From Candidatus Levyibacteriota bacterium (GTDB lineage Bacteria > Patescibacteriota > Microgenomatia > Levybacterales > UBA12049): a DNA stretch of 64,000 nucleotides. Positions 18,890 to 27,143 of this stretch are shown one piece after another; position 1 is the stretch's first letter; every line of letters starts with the position of its first letter. The stretch covers positions 124,808 through 188,807 of the forward strand of contig JACPLF010000006.1 in NCBI GenBank assembly GCA_016186645.1, in the 5' to 3' direction. The position numbers were made by a program, and so were the translations under genes. The notes under the pieces were generated by a model, which saw only the letters and a list, made by a program, of their open reading frames with translations, ran no database searches and had not been told where the DNA came from.

Positions 18890-20695
18890 ATGTGTGGAAT
18901 ATATGGTTACGTAGGCCATAAATCAGAAGCGGCAAATACTGTCCTTGATGGATTAAAACTTCTTGAATATAGAGGTTATGATTCTTGGGGAGTGGCAGCG
19001 AAGATTAAAGATGAAAGATTAGAGATGAAGGGTGGATTCCTTACGGAAAAACATGTTGGGAAGATAGGGGATAGCCATTTAAACTTTCAACTCTCAACTT
19101 TCAACTCTCATCTGGCAATAGGGCATACTCGCTGGGCGACTCATGGAGGAGTTACGGTTGCAAATGCTCATCCTCATACAGATTGCAAGGCTCAAATTGC
19201 AGTTGTTCACAATGGCATTGTAGAAAATTTCCAAGAATTAAAAACTTATCTTTTAAAAAAAGGCCACAAATTTATTTCGGAAACGGATACAGAAGTTATT
19301 CCCCATTTGATCGAGGAGAATCTTAAGCGAGAAGGTTTTGCTTCATCTGTGCGAGACGCATTTAATGCCCTAAGAGGCCTGAATGCTATTGTTGCTGTAA
19401 ATGCAGGATCTAGTGAAATTGTTGTTGCGAAAAATGGCTCACCTTTGATTATTGGTATTGGAGATCAGGAATTTTTTGTTTCTTCAGACGTTATTGGAAT
19501 TGTAGAACACACAAAAAAAGTAATTTTCCTCAAAGATCTAGAAATGGTTATTTTAGGGAATCCGCCAGCTGGCGGAATTCAGCTCCTATCACTTCCTGAG
19601 GGAAATAAATTAGAAATAAAACCCGAGCAAATTACCTGGAGTTATGAAATATCTACAAAAGGAAAATTTGACGATTTCATGATAAAAGAAATTCATGAGC
19701 AACCCAATGTAGTTAGAAATATTGCAGGAAATTATACAAGTCAAATTGAGAAACTAGCTAAAGAAATTCAAAATTCAAAAGGAACTTTTTTCATTGGGGC
19801 AGGAACTGCATATCATGCAGGATTTTCCGGAAATTATCTTTTCTCAAAGATTGCTAAAATCCACGTCAACACATCTGTCGCATCTGAGTTTAATTATTTG
19901 GAAGATTTTTTAACTAGGGACAGTCTTATTATTGCTTTGTCTCAAAGTGGAGAGACTATTGATGTTGTTGAGCCTTTGAATCGTGCAAAGAAAAAAGGAA
20001 GTAAAATTTTTGCAATAACAAATACTTTGGGCTCTACAATTTATAGAATGGCAGACTATAACATGCTCCTTAACGCCGGACCTGAAAAAGCAGTTGCGTC
20101 AACAAAAGCATATATCGCCAAAGTAAGCGTTATCCTTATGTTGGCATATGTTTTAATAGGGAAAACAAATGAAGCAAAAAATATTCTTCTCAAAACTGCA
20201 GATGAAATAGAAAGACTTCTTTCAGAGACAACGGTTGACGATATTAAAAAAATAGCCAAGGCTCTTTCTGTCTCAAAAAATGTTTATGCAATTGGGAGAG
20301 GGGTGTCCTATCCTTCTGCTCTTGAGGCAGCGCTCAAAATTAAAGAAGTAACATATATTCCTACAGAAGGACTTGCGGGAGGAGAGTTAAAGCATGGAAC
20401 GATTGCATTAATTAGCAAGGGAGTGCCCTGTATTGTATTTGCGCCAATGGACGAGACTTATGAATCAGTAATTTCAAATGCGATTGAAATTAAATCAAGA
20501 GGCGGAGTAATTATCGGTATTAGTCCGAAAAAAGCGGAAGTTTTTGACCATTTTGTAGAAGTGAAAGATGTGGATTCGGGATCCTACATAGCCCAAGTTG
20601 TGGTTGCTCAGCTTCTCGCTTATTACATGGCAATTGACTTGAAGTTGGATGCAGACAAGCCCCGCAACCTCGCCAAATCCGTTACAGTAAAGTAG
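18890..20695 (+). CDS. glmS: Glutamine--fructose-6-phosphate aminotransferase
   Basis: MCGI, EYRGYDS, GHTRWATHG, SQSGET, VASTKA, ELKHG, PRNLAKSVTVK. Confidence 0.98.
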   Translation: MCGIYGYVGHKSEAANTVLDGLKLLEYRGYDSWGVAAKIKDERLEMKGGFLTEKHVGKIGDSHLNFQLSTFNSHLAIGHTRWATHGGVTVANAHPHTDCKAQIAVVHNGIVENFQELKTYLLKKGHKFISETDTEVIPHLIEENLKREGFASSVRDAFNALRGLNAIVAVNAGSSEIVVAKNGSPLIIGIGDQEFFVSSDVIGIVEHTKKVIFLKDLEMVILGNPPAGGIQLLSLPEGNKLEIKPEQITWSYEISTKGKFDDFMIKEIHEQPNVVRNIAGNYTSQIEKLAKEIQNSKGTFFIGAGTAYHAGFSGNYLFSKIAKIHVNTSVASEFNYLEDFLTRDSLIIALSQSGETIDVVEPLNRAKKKGSKIFAITNTLGSTIYRMADYNMLLNAGPEKAVASTKAYIAKVSVILMLAYVLIGKTNEAKNILLKTADEIERLLSETTVDDIKKIAKALSVSKNVYAIGRGVSYPSALEAALKIKEVTYIPTEGLAGGELKHGTIALISKGVPCIVFAPMDETYESVISNAIEIKSRGGVIIGISPKKAEVFDHFVEVKDVDSGSYIAQVVVAQLLAYYMAIDLKLDADKPRNLAKSVTVK

Positions 20696-20745
20696 TTCGG
20701 CAATATTCGGTAAGATATGGCAACATTCGGCAATATCTGGTAATA
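20696..20745 (+). repeat. Five degenerate 10-bp tandem repeats between glmS and fic
   Basis: ttcggcaata ttcggtaaga tatggcaaca ttcggcaata tctggtaata. Confidence 0.85.
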
Positions 20746-20752
20746 TAGATTC

Positions 20753-21736
20753 ATGAAGATTCCGCCGGTATATACGATTTCATGTAAAATGCTGTCGCTT
20801 ATCACCAAAATTGAGGCAGAAAGATTGCATTTTTCCTCTTTAAGTCTTCCTGAAGAGCTGAAAGAAAATATACAAAGAATAAGTCTTCTGAAAAGTTCCC
20901 TTTTTTCTGCTCGTATTGAAGGAAATCCGCTTAATGTCTCTGATTTTGAATATGGGGCAGAAGCGGAAGAAGAAAAGAAGAAAGAGATATTTAATATTCT
21001 TAAGGCAATAAATTTTATAGATAAAAATACAAAAAAGGGCATTACGAAAGATTTAATTTTACATTTACATGTCTTGGCTTTGAAGAATATCTCATCGAAT
21101 GGCGGTAATTTTCGAAATGAAGTAAGCGCGATTTTTAATCAGGCGGGAGTTGCTGTTTATATGCCGCCACCGCCATCCATGATCTCGAAATCGTTAAACG
21201 AACTCTTAATTTACATAAATTCAAAGACAGAAAAATTTCCTCTTATCACTTCTTTCACCGCGCATCTAATTTTCGAAAAAATTCATCCTTTTTTAGATGG
21301 AAATGGCAGAGTCGGCAGGCTTCTAATTTCGGCGATTCTAAAATCAAAAGGTTGGGATTTTACCTTTACGGTACCTTTTGAAGAATATCTTGAGGAACAT
21401 AAAGACGAATATTATTTTCATTTAAGTAGCGGATTGAAGAATGCCAATGATTATCTTGAATTTATGCTTGACGCATTCTACAAACAAATACAAAAAATAA
21501 AAGATCAGATTGATCAGGAAATTGCCAAAGAATCGCATCCATTCCTTCCGCCCCGTCAGGAAGAAATACTTAATATCATTAAAGATCAGATCGTTGTGTC
21601 TTTTGATATGATAAGAAGGCGATTCCTTCGGGTACCGCAAAGGACACTCCGCTGGGATCTAAAAAAACTTCTTGATAGAAGACTTATTGAAAAAAGCGGT
21701 GCAACAAGAGGAAGATATTACAGGATAAGAAAATAG
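20753..21736 (+). CDS. Fic-family AMPylase (class II) with C-terminal winged HTH
   Basis: HPFLDGNGRVGR Fic motif, N-terminal inhibitory SARIEGN, C-terminal RTLRWDLKKL...GATRGRYY. Confidence 0.92.
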   Translation: MKIPPVYTISCKMLSLITKIEAERLHFSSLSLPEELKENIQRISLLKSSLFSARIEGNPLNVSDFEYGAEAEEEKKKEIFNILKAINFIDKNTKKGITKDLILHLHVLALKNISSNGGNFRNEVSAIFNQAGVAVYMPPPPSMISKSLNELLIYINSKTEKFPLITSFTAHLIFEKIHPFLDGNGRVGRLLISAILKSKGWDFTFTVPFEEYLEEHKDEYYFHLSSGLKNANDYLEFMLDAFYKQIQKIKDQIDQEIAKESHPFLPPRQEEILNIIKDQIVVSFDMIRRRFLRVPQRTLRWDLKKLLDRRLIEKSGATRGRYYRIRK

Positions 21737-21781
21737 ATTTTTTTCTTGACAAAATAAAAATTCTATATTATTATTCGGCTT

Positions 21782-22021
21782 ATGGGGCGTCATAAAGAAA
21801 GATTACCTAAATCACCTGATCCAGCTGTTTCTACAAAAACCGTTACGAGACATGGTAAGCGTGTGGAAGTAACAAGTGTAGATCTTAGCAGGGTTACTGG
21901 TTCTTCTGAGCCTAATATAGGAGACGAAGAGCGCATACAAAGAGTGCTGGAAGAAATACGGGACGCAGAACGAACCCCATTCCATGTTCGCGGAAGACAC
22001 TCGAGGCGCGGGGAGAGATAA
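21782..22021 (+). CDS. Small hypothetical protein
   Basis: 79-aa ORF after TTGACA...TATTAT. Confidence 0.5.
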   Translation: MGRHKERLPKSPDPAVSTKTVTRHGKRVEVTSVDLSRVTGSSEPNIGDEERIQRVLEEIRDAERTPFHVRGRHSRRGER

Positions 22022-22068
22022 ATTAAGGTTAGTTTGTATATAAACCTTCGGAATAGTATAATATCCCA

Positions 22069-23076
22069 ATGGCGCAGCTTTTGGGGCTAATTCTTTTGTC
22101 TCTTTTTATAACAGGAATTCTTCTCATACCCTTCATAGATTTTCTTTACAAAATGAAGCTAAGACGTGTCAAGCAGAAGACCGTTGACATGTTTGATAAG
22201 CCAACTCCCACATTTGACAAATTCAACAACTGGAAAGCAGGCACACCTTTTGGGGGTGGAATTTTAATTATTGCGGTAGTGTGCATACTCACTTTCTGGG
22301 CATATGGAATTCTGGAAACGAAAGTTAACGCTTGGCAGCTTTTCGTAATTATGGTTACATTTATTGGTTTTGGGCTTTTGGGTTTTTATGATGATCTGAA
22401 AAAACTGGTTCCAGGGCACAAGGTCTTTTTCGGCTTACGATTCAGGCATAAATTTATAATTCAGTGGATTTTGGCTCTTGTGATAGGAGCTATTTTGTAT
22501 TTTCAGCTTGGGTATTCTTATATTTTTATCTGGGGTTTTGGACTTGCATCCCTTGGGTATCTTTTTATTCCTTTTGCGGCTTTTGTTATCGTCTCTTTTG
22601 CGAACGCTTTTAATATTGCAGATGGTCTGGATGGGCTGGCGTCCGGACTTTTGTTAATTTGTCTTGCGGCTTTTTTGGCAATCACTTCTAATCAGTTGGA
22701 TCAGCCTTTGGGAATTTTTGTTGCCGTACTTATGGGAAGCGTTGGTGCTTTTCTGTACTTTAATATCTACAAGGCAAGGATTTGGTTAGGCGATGTTGGA
22801 GCCTTATCTTTGGGGGCAGTATTAGCTGTAATTGGACTTTTGACCGGAAAAATTATTGCGTTGGCATTTATTGGAGGAGTATTTGTCATAGAAATTGCAT
22901 CATCCTTAATTCAGATTCTTGCCAAAAAATTTCTTCACAGAAAAGTTTTCTTGGCATCTCCATTCCATCTGCTTTTGCAAAAGATAGGTTGGGATGAGCC
23001 AAAAATTGTTATGAGAGCATGGCTTTTGGGATTCCTTTTTGCTATCTTAGGGCTATACATCGCATTTATTAACTAA
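22069..23076 (+). CDS. mraY: Phospho-MurNAc-pentapeptide transferase
   Basis: KAGTPFGGG, GFYDD, NAFNIADGLDGL, WLGDVG, multi-TM. Confidence 0.92.
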   Translation: MAQLLGLILLSLFITGILLIPFIDFLYKMKLRRVKQKTVDMFDKPTPTFDKFNNWKAGTPFGGGILIIAVVCILTFWAYGILETKVNAWQLFVIMVTFIGFGLLGFYDDLKKLVPGHKVFFGLRFRHKFIIQWILALVIGAILYFQLGYSYIFIWGFGLASLGYLFIPFAAFVIVSFANAFNIADGLDGLASGLLLICLAAFLAITSNQLDQPLGIFVAVLMGSVGAFLYFNIYKARIWLGDVGALSLGAVLAVIGLLTGKIIALAFIGGVFVIEIASSLIQILAKKFLHRKVFLASPFHLLLQKIGWDEPKIVMRAWLLGFLFAILGLYIAFIN

Positions 23077-23091
23077 CGTCTTCAAAAATCT

Positions 23092-24156
23092 ATGAAAAAA
23101 ATAGATATTTCCCTACTTTTTAGCGTAATTCTTCTGACTCTCTTTGGACTTTTCATGATTTTTGATGCATCAAGTTTTGTTGCGTTTAGGGATTTTGGGG
23201 ATAAATACCATTATGTAAAAGACCAATTTGGTTGGGTAGCACTGGGTTTTGTCGGATTAACTCTTTTCTCATATTTTGATTATCGCAAATTATATTCACT
23301 TGCTCTCCCCATTCTTTGTACGGCTTTGGTTTTACTTATTTTGGTTTTTGTTCCCGGAATAGGAATCAATATTTTGGGAGCAAGCCGTTGGATCAATACA
23401 GGACTAGTCACTATTCAGCCTGCAGAATTTGTAAAATTAGCATTGGCTATTTATCTGGCTGCATGGTTTTCAAACAAAGAAAAAGGAAGGCTTTTGGCAT
23501 TTTTGCTTTTGATGGGATTGGTCTTGGGGTTAGTAATGCTTGAGCCGGACATGGGCACTACAACTGTAATACTAAGTGAAGCTTTTGTGATTTATTTTTT
23601 GTCAGGAGCACGAATTATTTATTTTTCTCTAATAGTTCCTGTTGTGGCAATGTTGGGATTTTTATTTATAAAAATGTCTCCATACAGAGCGAAAAGACTT
23701 GAAGCATTTCTAAATATTGGCGATTCTATTGAGTCTTCTTCTTATCATGTCAAGCAAATTTTAATTGCGCTTGGCGCAGGAGGGTTAACCGGAGTGGGCC
23801 TTGGAAATTCTATACAAAAATATGCTTATCTTCCCGAAAGCACAACAGATTCGATTTTCGCAATTATCGCAGAGGAGTTAGGATTTATTGGCGCAACTGG
23901 ACTAATTATATTTTTTATTTTTATTTTTTCTCGATGTTTTTATATAGCTGTCAATGCAAAGGATAATTTTGGTAAACTTTTGGGGGCAGGAGTGACAACC
24001 TTTTTGGCAGTGCAAACAATTATAAATTTGGCAGCTCAAACAGCGCTGGTTCCTTTGACAGGAATACCTTTGCCCTTTATTTCTTATGGAGGATCTGCTC
24101 TAATTATTGATCTTGCTGCTGTGGGGATATTGTTGAATATCTCTAAAAATAGTTAA
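23092..24156 (+). CDS. ftsW: SEDS peptidoglycan polymerase FtsW
   Basis: GASRWI, IQPAEFVK, EPDMGT, LPESTTDSIFAIIAEELG, LPFISYGGS; between mraY and murG. Confidence 0.93.
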   Translation: MKKIDISLLFSVILLTLFGLFMIFDASSFVAFRDFGDKYHYVKDQFGWVALGFVGLTLFSYFDYRKLYSLALPILCTALVLLILVFVPGIGINILGASRWINTGLVTIQPAEFVKLALAIYLAAWFSNKEKGRLLAFLLLMGLVLGLVMLEPDMGTTTVILSEAFVIYFLSGARIIYFSLIVPVVAMLGFLFIKMSPYRAKRLEAFLNIGDSIESSSYHVKQILIALGAGGLTGVGLGNSIQKYAYLPESTTDSIFAIIAEELGFIGATGLIIFFIFIFSRCFYIAVNAKDNFGKLLGAGVTTFLAVQTIINLAAQTALVPLTGIPLPFISYGGSALIIDLAAVGILLNISKNS

Positions 24157-24288
24157 AAATTCAAAATGCAAAATTCAAAATTACAACGTAAAGTTGCGTG
24201 GCAACAACGTTGCTTTACGCAATTTAAAATTCAAAATTTAGATTCTAAATTAAAAACTTTTAACTTTTCACTTTTAACTTTTAACTGG
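24156..24288. repeat. Intergenic heptamer arrays flanking a central palindromic segment
   Basis: aaaattc aaaatgc aaaattc aaaatta ... aaacttt taacttt tcacttt taacttt. Confidence 0.8.
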
Positions 24289-24302
24289 AGCGGAGGCGAC
24301 TT

Positions 24303-25436
24303 ATGAAAGTTGTTTTAATTGGCGGACATTTGTCTCCTGCACTTTCTGTTTTGGATGCGCTTCCCAAAGATACAGAAGTTCTTTTTATTGGGAGAAAATA
24401 TGCGTTTGAGGGGGACAATGCGTTATCTTTGGAATACAAAACAATTACTTCCATGCATGTTCCCTTTATCGGGTTAAACACGGGAAGATTACAACGCAAG
24501 ATAACTCGCTTTACTCTTTTTTCTCTTTTAAAGCTCCCTTTTGGAATTATTAAGTCCTTTTTCATTCTTATTGAATTCAGGCCTGATGTTGTTGTGGGGT
24601 TTGGAGGTTACGTTTCCGTTCCGGTCATCATTAGCGCTTTTGTTCTTCGAATTCCGGTTGTGATACATGAGCAAACCATGGAGGCAGGGCTTGGCAATAG
24701 GATAGTTTCCCGATTTGCAAAAAAGATTTGCATATCGTGGCAAACTTCAAGGATTTATTTTCCAAATAGTAAAATTGTCTTAACTGGAAATCCCATACGC
24801 AAATTTTCAATTTGGAATTCGCCGGCCGGCGGAAAATTCTCAATTTTCAACAATAAATTGCCGACAATCTATGTTACAGGAGGAAGTTCGGGATCGCATT
24901 TTATAAATGTAGCAATTGAAGGAGTAATCGAAGAACTTTTGAAAAAATATAATATTATTCATATGGTCGGAGACGCCCATGAATATCATGACTTTGATCG
25001 TTTGAAGCAATTAAGGGATGGTCTGCCCGTAAACCTTCGCGATAACTATATTTTGGAAAAATTCATTGAGCCTTCTGAAGTTGGAGATCTGATGAGGTCA
25101 TCTTCTCTAATTATTTCAAGATCAGGCATGAATATCGTCTCGGAACTTATATATTTTGAAAAACCCGCATTATTAATCCCTCTTCCTTTTTCTCAAAACA
25201 ATGAACAGTTAAAAAATGCCAGGTTTTTGCAAAATTTGGGAATTGGAAAAATTCTGCAGCAGAATGATGCAGATTCAAAAAAATTACTTCAGGCAATTAG
25301 TCTTATGTTTAATAATCTAGATAAGTATAAAATAAATGATCAAGAATTAAAAAAATTATCCTTAAAAAATGCAGCGCAAAATATAATTTCTGTTATTAAT
25401 TATGTTACAAAGCCCAAGACAAAGAAATTCCTTTAA
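24303..25436 (+). CDS. murG: Lipid II GlcNAc transferase
   Basis: GGHLSPA, GFGGYVS.P, HEQ, TGNPIR, GGSSG, SRSG, NEQLKNA. Confidence 0.93.
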   Translation: MKVVLIGGHLSPALSVLDALPKDTEVLFIGRKYAFEGDNALSLEYKTITSMHVPFIGLNTGRLQRKITRFTLFSLLKLPFGIIKSFFILIEFRPDVVVGFGGYVSVPVIISAFVLRIPVVIHEQTMEAGLGNRIVSRFAKKICISWQTSRIYFPNSKIVLTGNPIRKFSIWNSPAGGKFSIFNNKLPTIYVTGGSSGSHFINVAIEGVIEELLKKYNIIHMVGDAHEYHDFDRLKQLRDGLPVNLRDNYILEKFIEPSEVGDLMRSSSLIISRSGMNIVSELIYFEKPALLIPLPFSQNNEQLKNARFLQNLGIGKILQQNDADSKKLLQAISLMFNNLDKYKINDQELKKLSLKNAAQNIISVINYVTKPKTKKFL

Positions 25437-25800
25437 AAAAAAGATAGGTGTTTATATTTCGCTTCTTATAGTATTGGGTTTTCTTTTTTTTCTTGCTAAT
25501 TTATTTTTCCAAACAAAATCTTCCTCATTCATAAGTCCTTTGGGGACAAGTAATGTTGATAAAAGTAAAGTTGAGAAAATTTTGAAAGATAATAATATTG
25601 CATTTTCTGGAATTGTAGTTTTGGAAGACGCTTCTTATGGGATAAGTATCCCCAATAATGGACAAGTCAGACTTTCTTCCCAAAAAAACATTAACAAGCA
25701 AGTAGCCTCTTTACAAAGAATACTAAGAGAGCTTACAATAGAGGGAAAGCCATTTAAAAATATAGATTTTAGGTTCGAAGAGCCTATTATTTCCTATTAA
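25402..25800 (+). CDS. Truncated FtsQ/DivIB-like protein
   Basis: One TM plus C-terminal IDFRF motif, directly upstream of ftsA. Confidence 0.65.
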   Translation: MLQSPRQRNSFKKKIGVYISLLIVLGFLFFLANLFFQTKSSSFISPLGTSNVDKSKVEKILKDNNIAFSGIVVLEDASYGISIPNNGQVRLSSQKNINKQVASLQRILRELTIEGKPFKNIDFRFEEPIISY

Positions 25801-25808
25801 TCAAAAGT

Positions 25809-27101
25809 ATGGTAGATGGAAAAATAGTCGTAGGTGTTGATATCGGTACCTCAAAAATTGTTACTATTATTGCAAGAGTAGAGAATGAAATTGCAAATGT
25901 GTTGGGAGTTTCAGAAGTTGCCTCCCGAGGCGTTAAAAAAGGCCAAATAGTAGACATAAAAGAAGCAGTTGAATCTATTAATAATTCACTTGATGGAGCC
26001 GAAAGAATGGCTGGCTACTCTGTCTCTCATGTGGCTGCTTCAATCGGCGGAGGACATATTGAGTCTCAAAATTCAAGAGGCGTTGTTGCAGTATCATCTC
26101 CTCAAGGGGAAATAACCGAAAGTGATCTTGCTCGCGTAATTGATGCGGCTAAAGCAGTTTCTCTTCCATCGAGCCGCCAAATTGTTCATGTTTTGCCTCG
26201 TAATTATGTTGTTGATGGACAAGAAGGAATAAAAGATCCAATTAGTATGACTGGGATAAGGCTTGAGGTAGATACTCATATTATCTCAGCTGCTTCCACG
26301 TCTTTAATGAATTTAGAAAAAGCTTTTTCCCAGGTTGGTATCGATATTGATGGGGTTGCTTTCAGCGGATATGCATCCAGCCTTTCGGTTTTGTCGGAAA
26401 CGGAAAAAGAATTAGGAGTTGTATGCGTAGATATTGGAGCGGGAACAACAGACATATCGATTTATTCGGAAGGATCAGTCGCATATTCTTCCGTATTACC
26501 AATTGGCGCCAGACATATAACAAATGATTTAGCAATAGGTCTTAGAATTTCTTTGGAGAGCTCTGAAAAAATTAAAATTTATTTATCCAATACCCGAAAA
26601 AACCCAAAAATAGAAAGACTTGGAGAAACATTTGAAAAAGAAAATATAAATAGAGATGAAGTAGACTTAAGCTCTCTAGGTCTGCCGGAGGATCTTAGAA
26701 AAGTTTCTCACAAAACATTAACAGATGGAATAATTAGGCCTCGGCTTAATGAAATTTTTACCATGATAGGAATAGAAATTAAAAGGTCAGGATACGCGGG
26801 ACAAACACCTGCGGGGATTGTAATAACAGGAGGCGGAGCGTTAACTGTTGGAATAGCAGATAGCGCCAAAAGAACTTTGGCAATGCCGGTCAGAATTGGG
26901 CTGCCAATTAATATAAAGGGCCTAATTGATGAAATAGAAACCCCTGCTTTCGCAACTGTTGTAGGGCTTGCGGTTTTCGGCGGCAGTCTTGATGTGAGAA
27001 AATCTTTGCCTTTCGGAATTAGTCTTCCTTCCTTGGGAAATTTGGGATTTAACAAAGCGCTTTCCCGTCTTATAAATTTAATCAAATCCTTCATGCCATA
27101 A
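25809..27101 (+). CDS. ftsA: Cell division protein FtsA
   Basis: VDIGTSK, GVKKG.IVD, DIGAGTTD, HITNDLA.GL, TGGGA, C-terminal amphipathic helix. Confidence 0.96.
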   Translation: MVDGKIVVGVDIGTSKIVTIIARVENEIANVLGVSEVASRGVKKGQIVDIKEAVESINNSLDGAERMAGYSVSHVAASIGGGHIESQNSRGVVAVSSPQGEITESDLARVIDAAKAVSLPSSRQIVHVLPRNYVVDGQEGIKDPISMTGIRLEVDTHIISAASTSLMNLEKAFSQVGIDIDGVAFSGYASSLSVLSETEKELGVVCVDIGAGTTDISIYSEGSVAYSSVLPIGARHITNDLAIGLRISLESSEKIKIYLSNTRKNPKIERLGETFEKENINRDEVDLSSLGLPEDLRKVSHKTLTDGIIRPRLNEIFTMIGIEIKRSGYAGQTPAGIVITGGGALTVGIADSAKRTLAMPVRIGLPINIKGLIDEIETPAFATVVGLAVFGGSLDVRKSLPFGISLPSLGNLGFNKALSRLINLIKSFMP

Positions 27102-27143
27102 CAGAATATTGCAAAGGAAGTTTTGAGTGTTGTAAAATAAATT

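Noticed and set aside
20696-22060. Tn7 insertion at glmS
   Set aside because: No tns genes, no TGT...ACA ends or target duplication seen, and no second copy of the glmS tail
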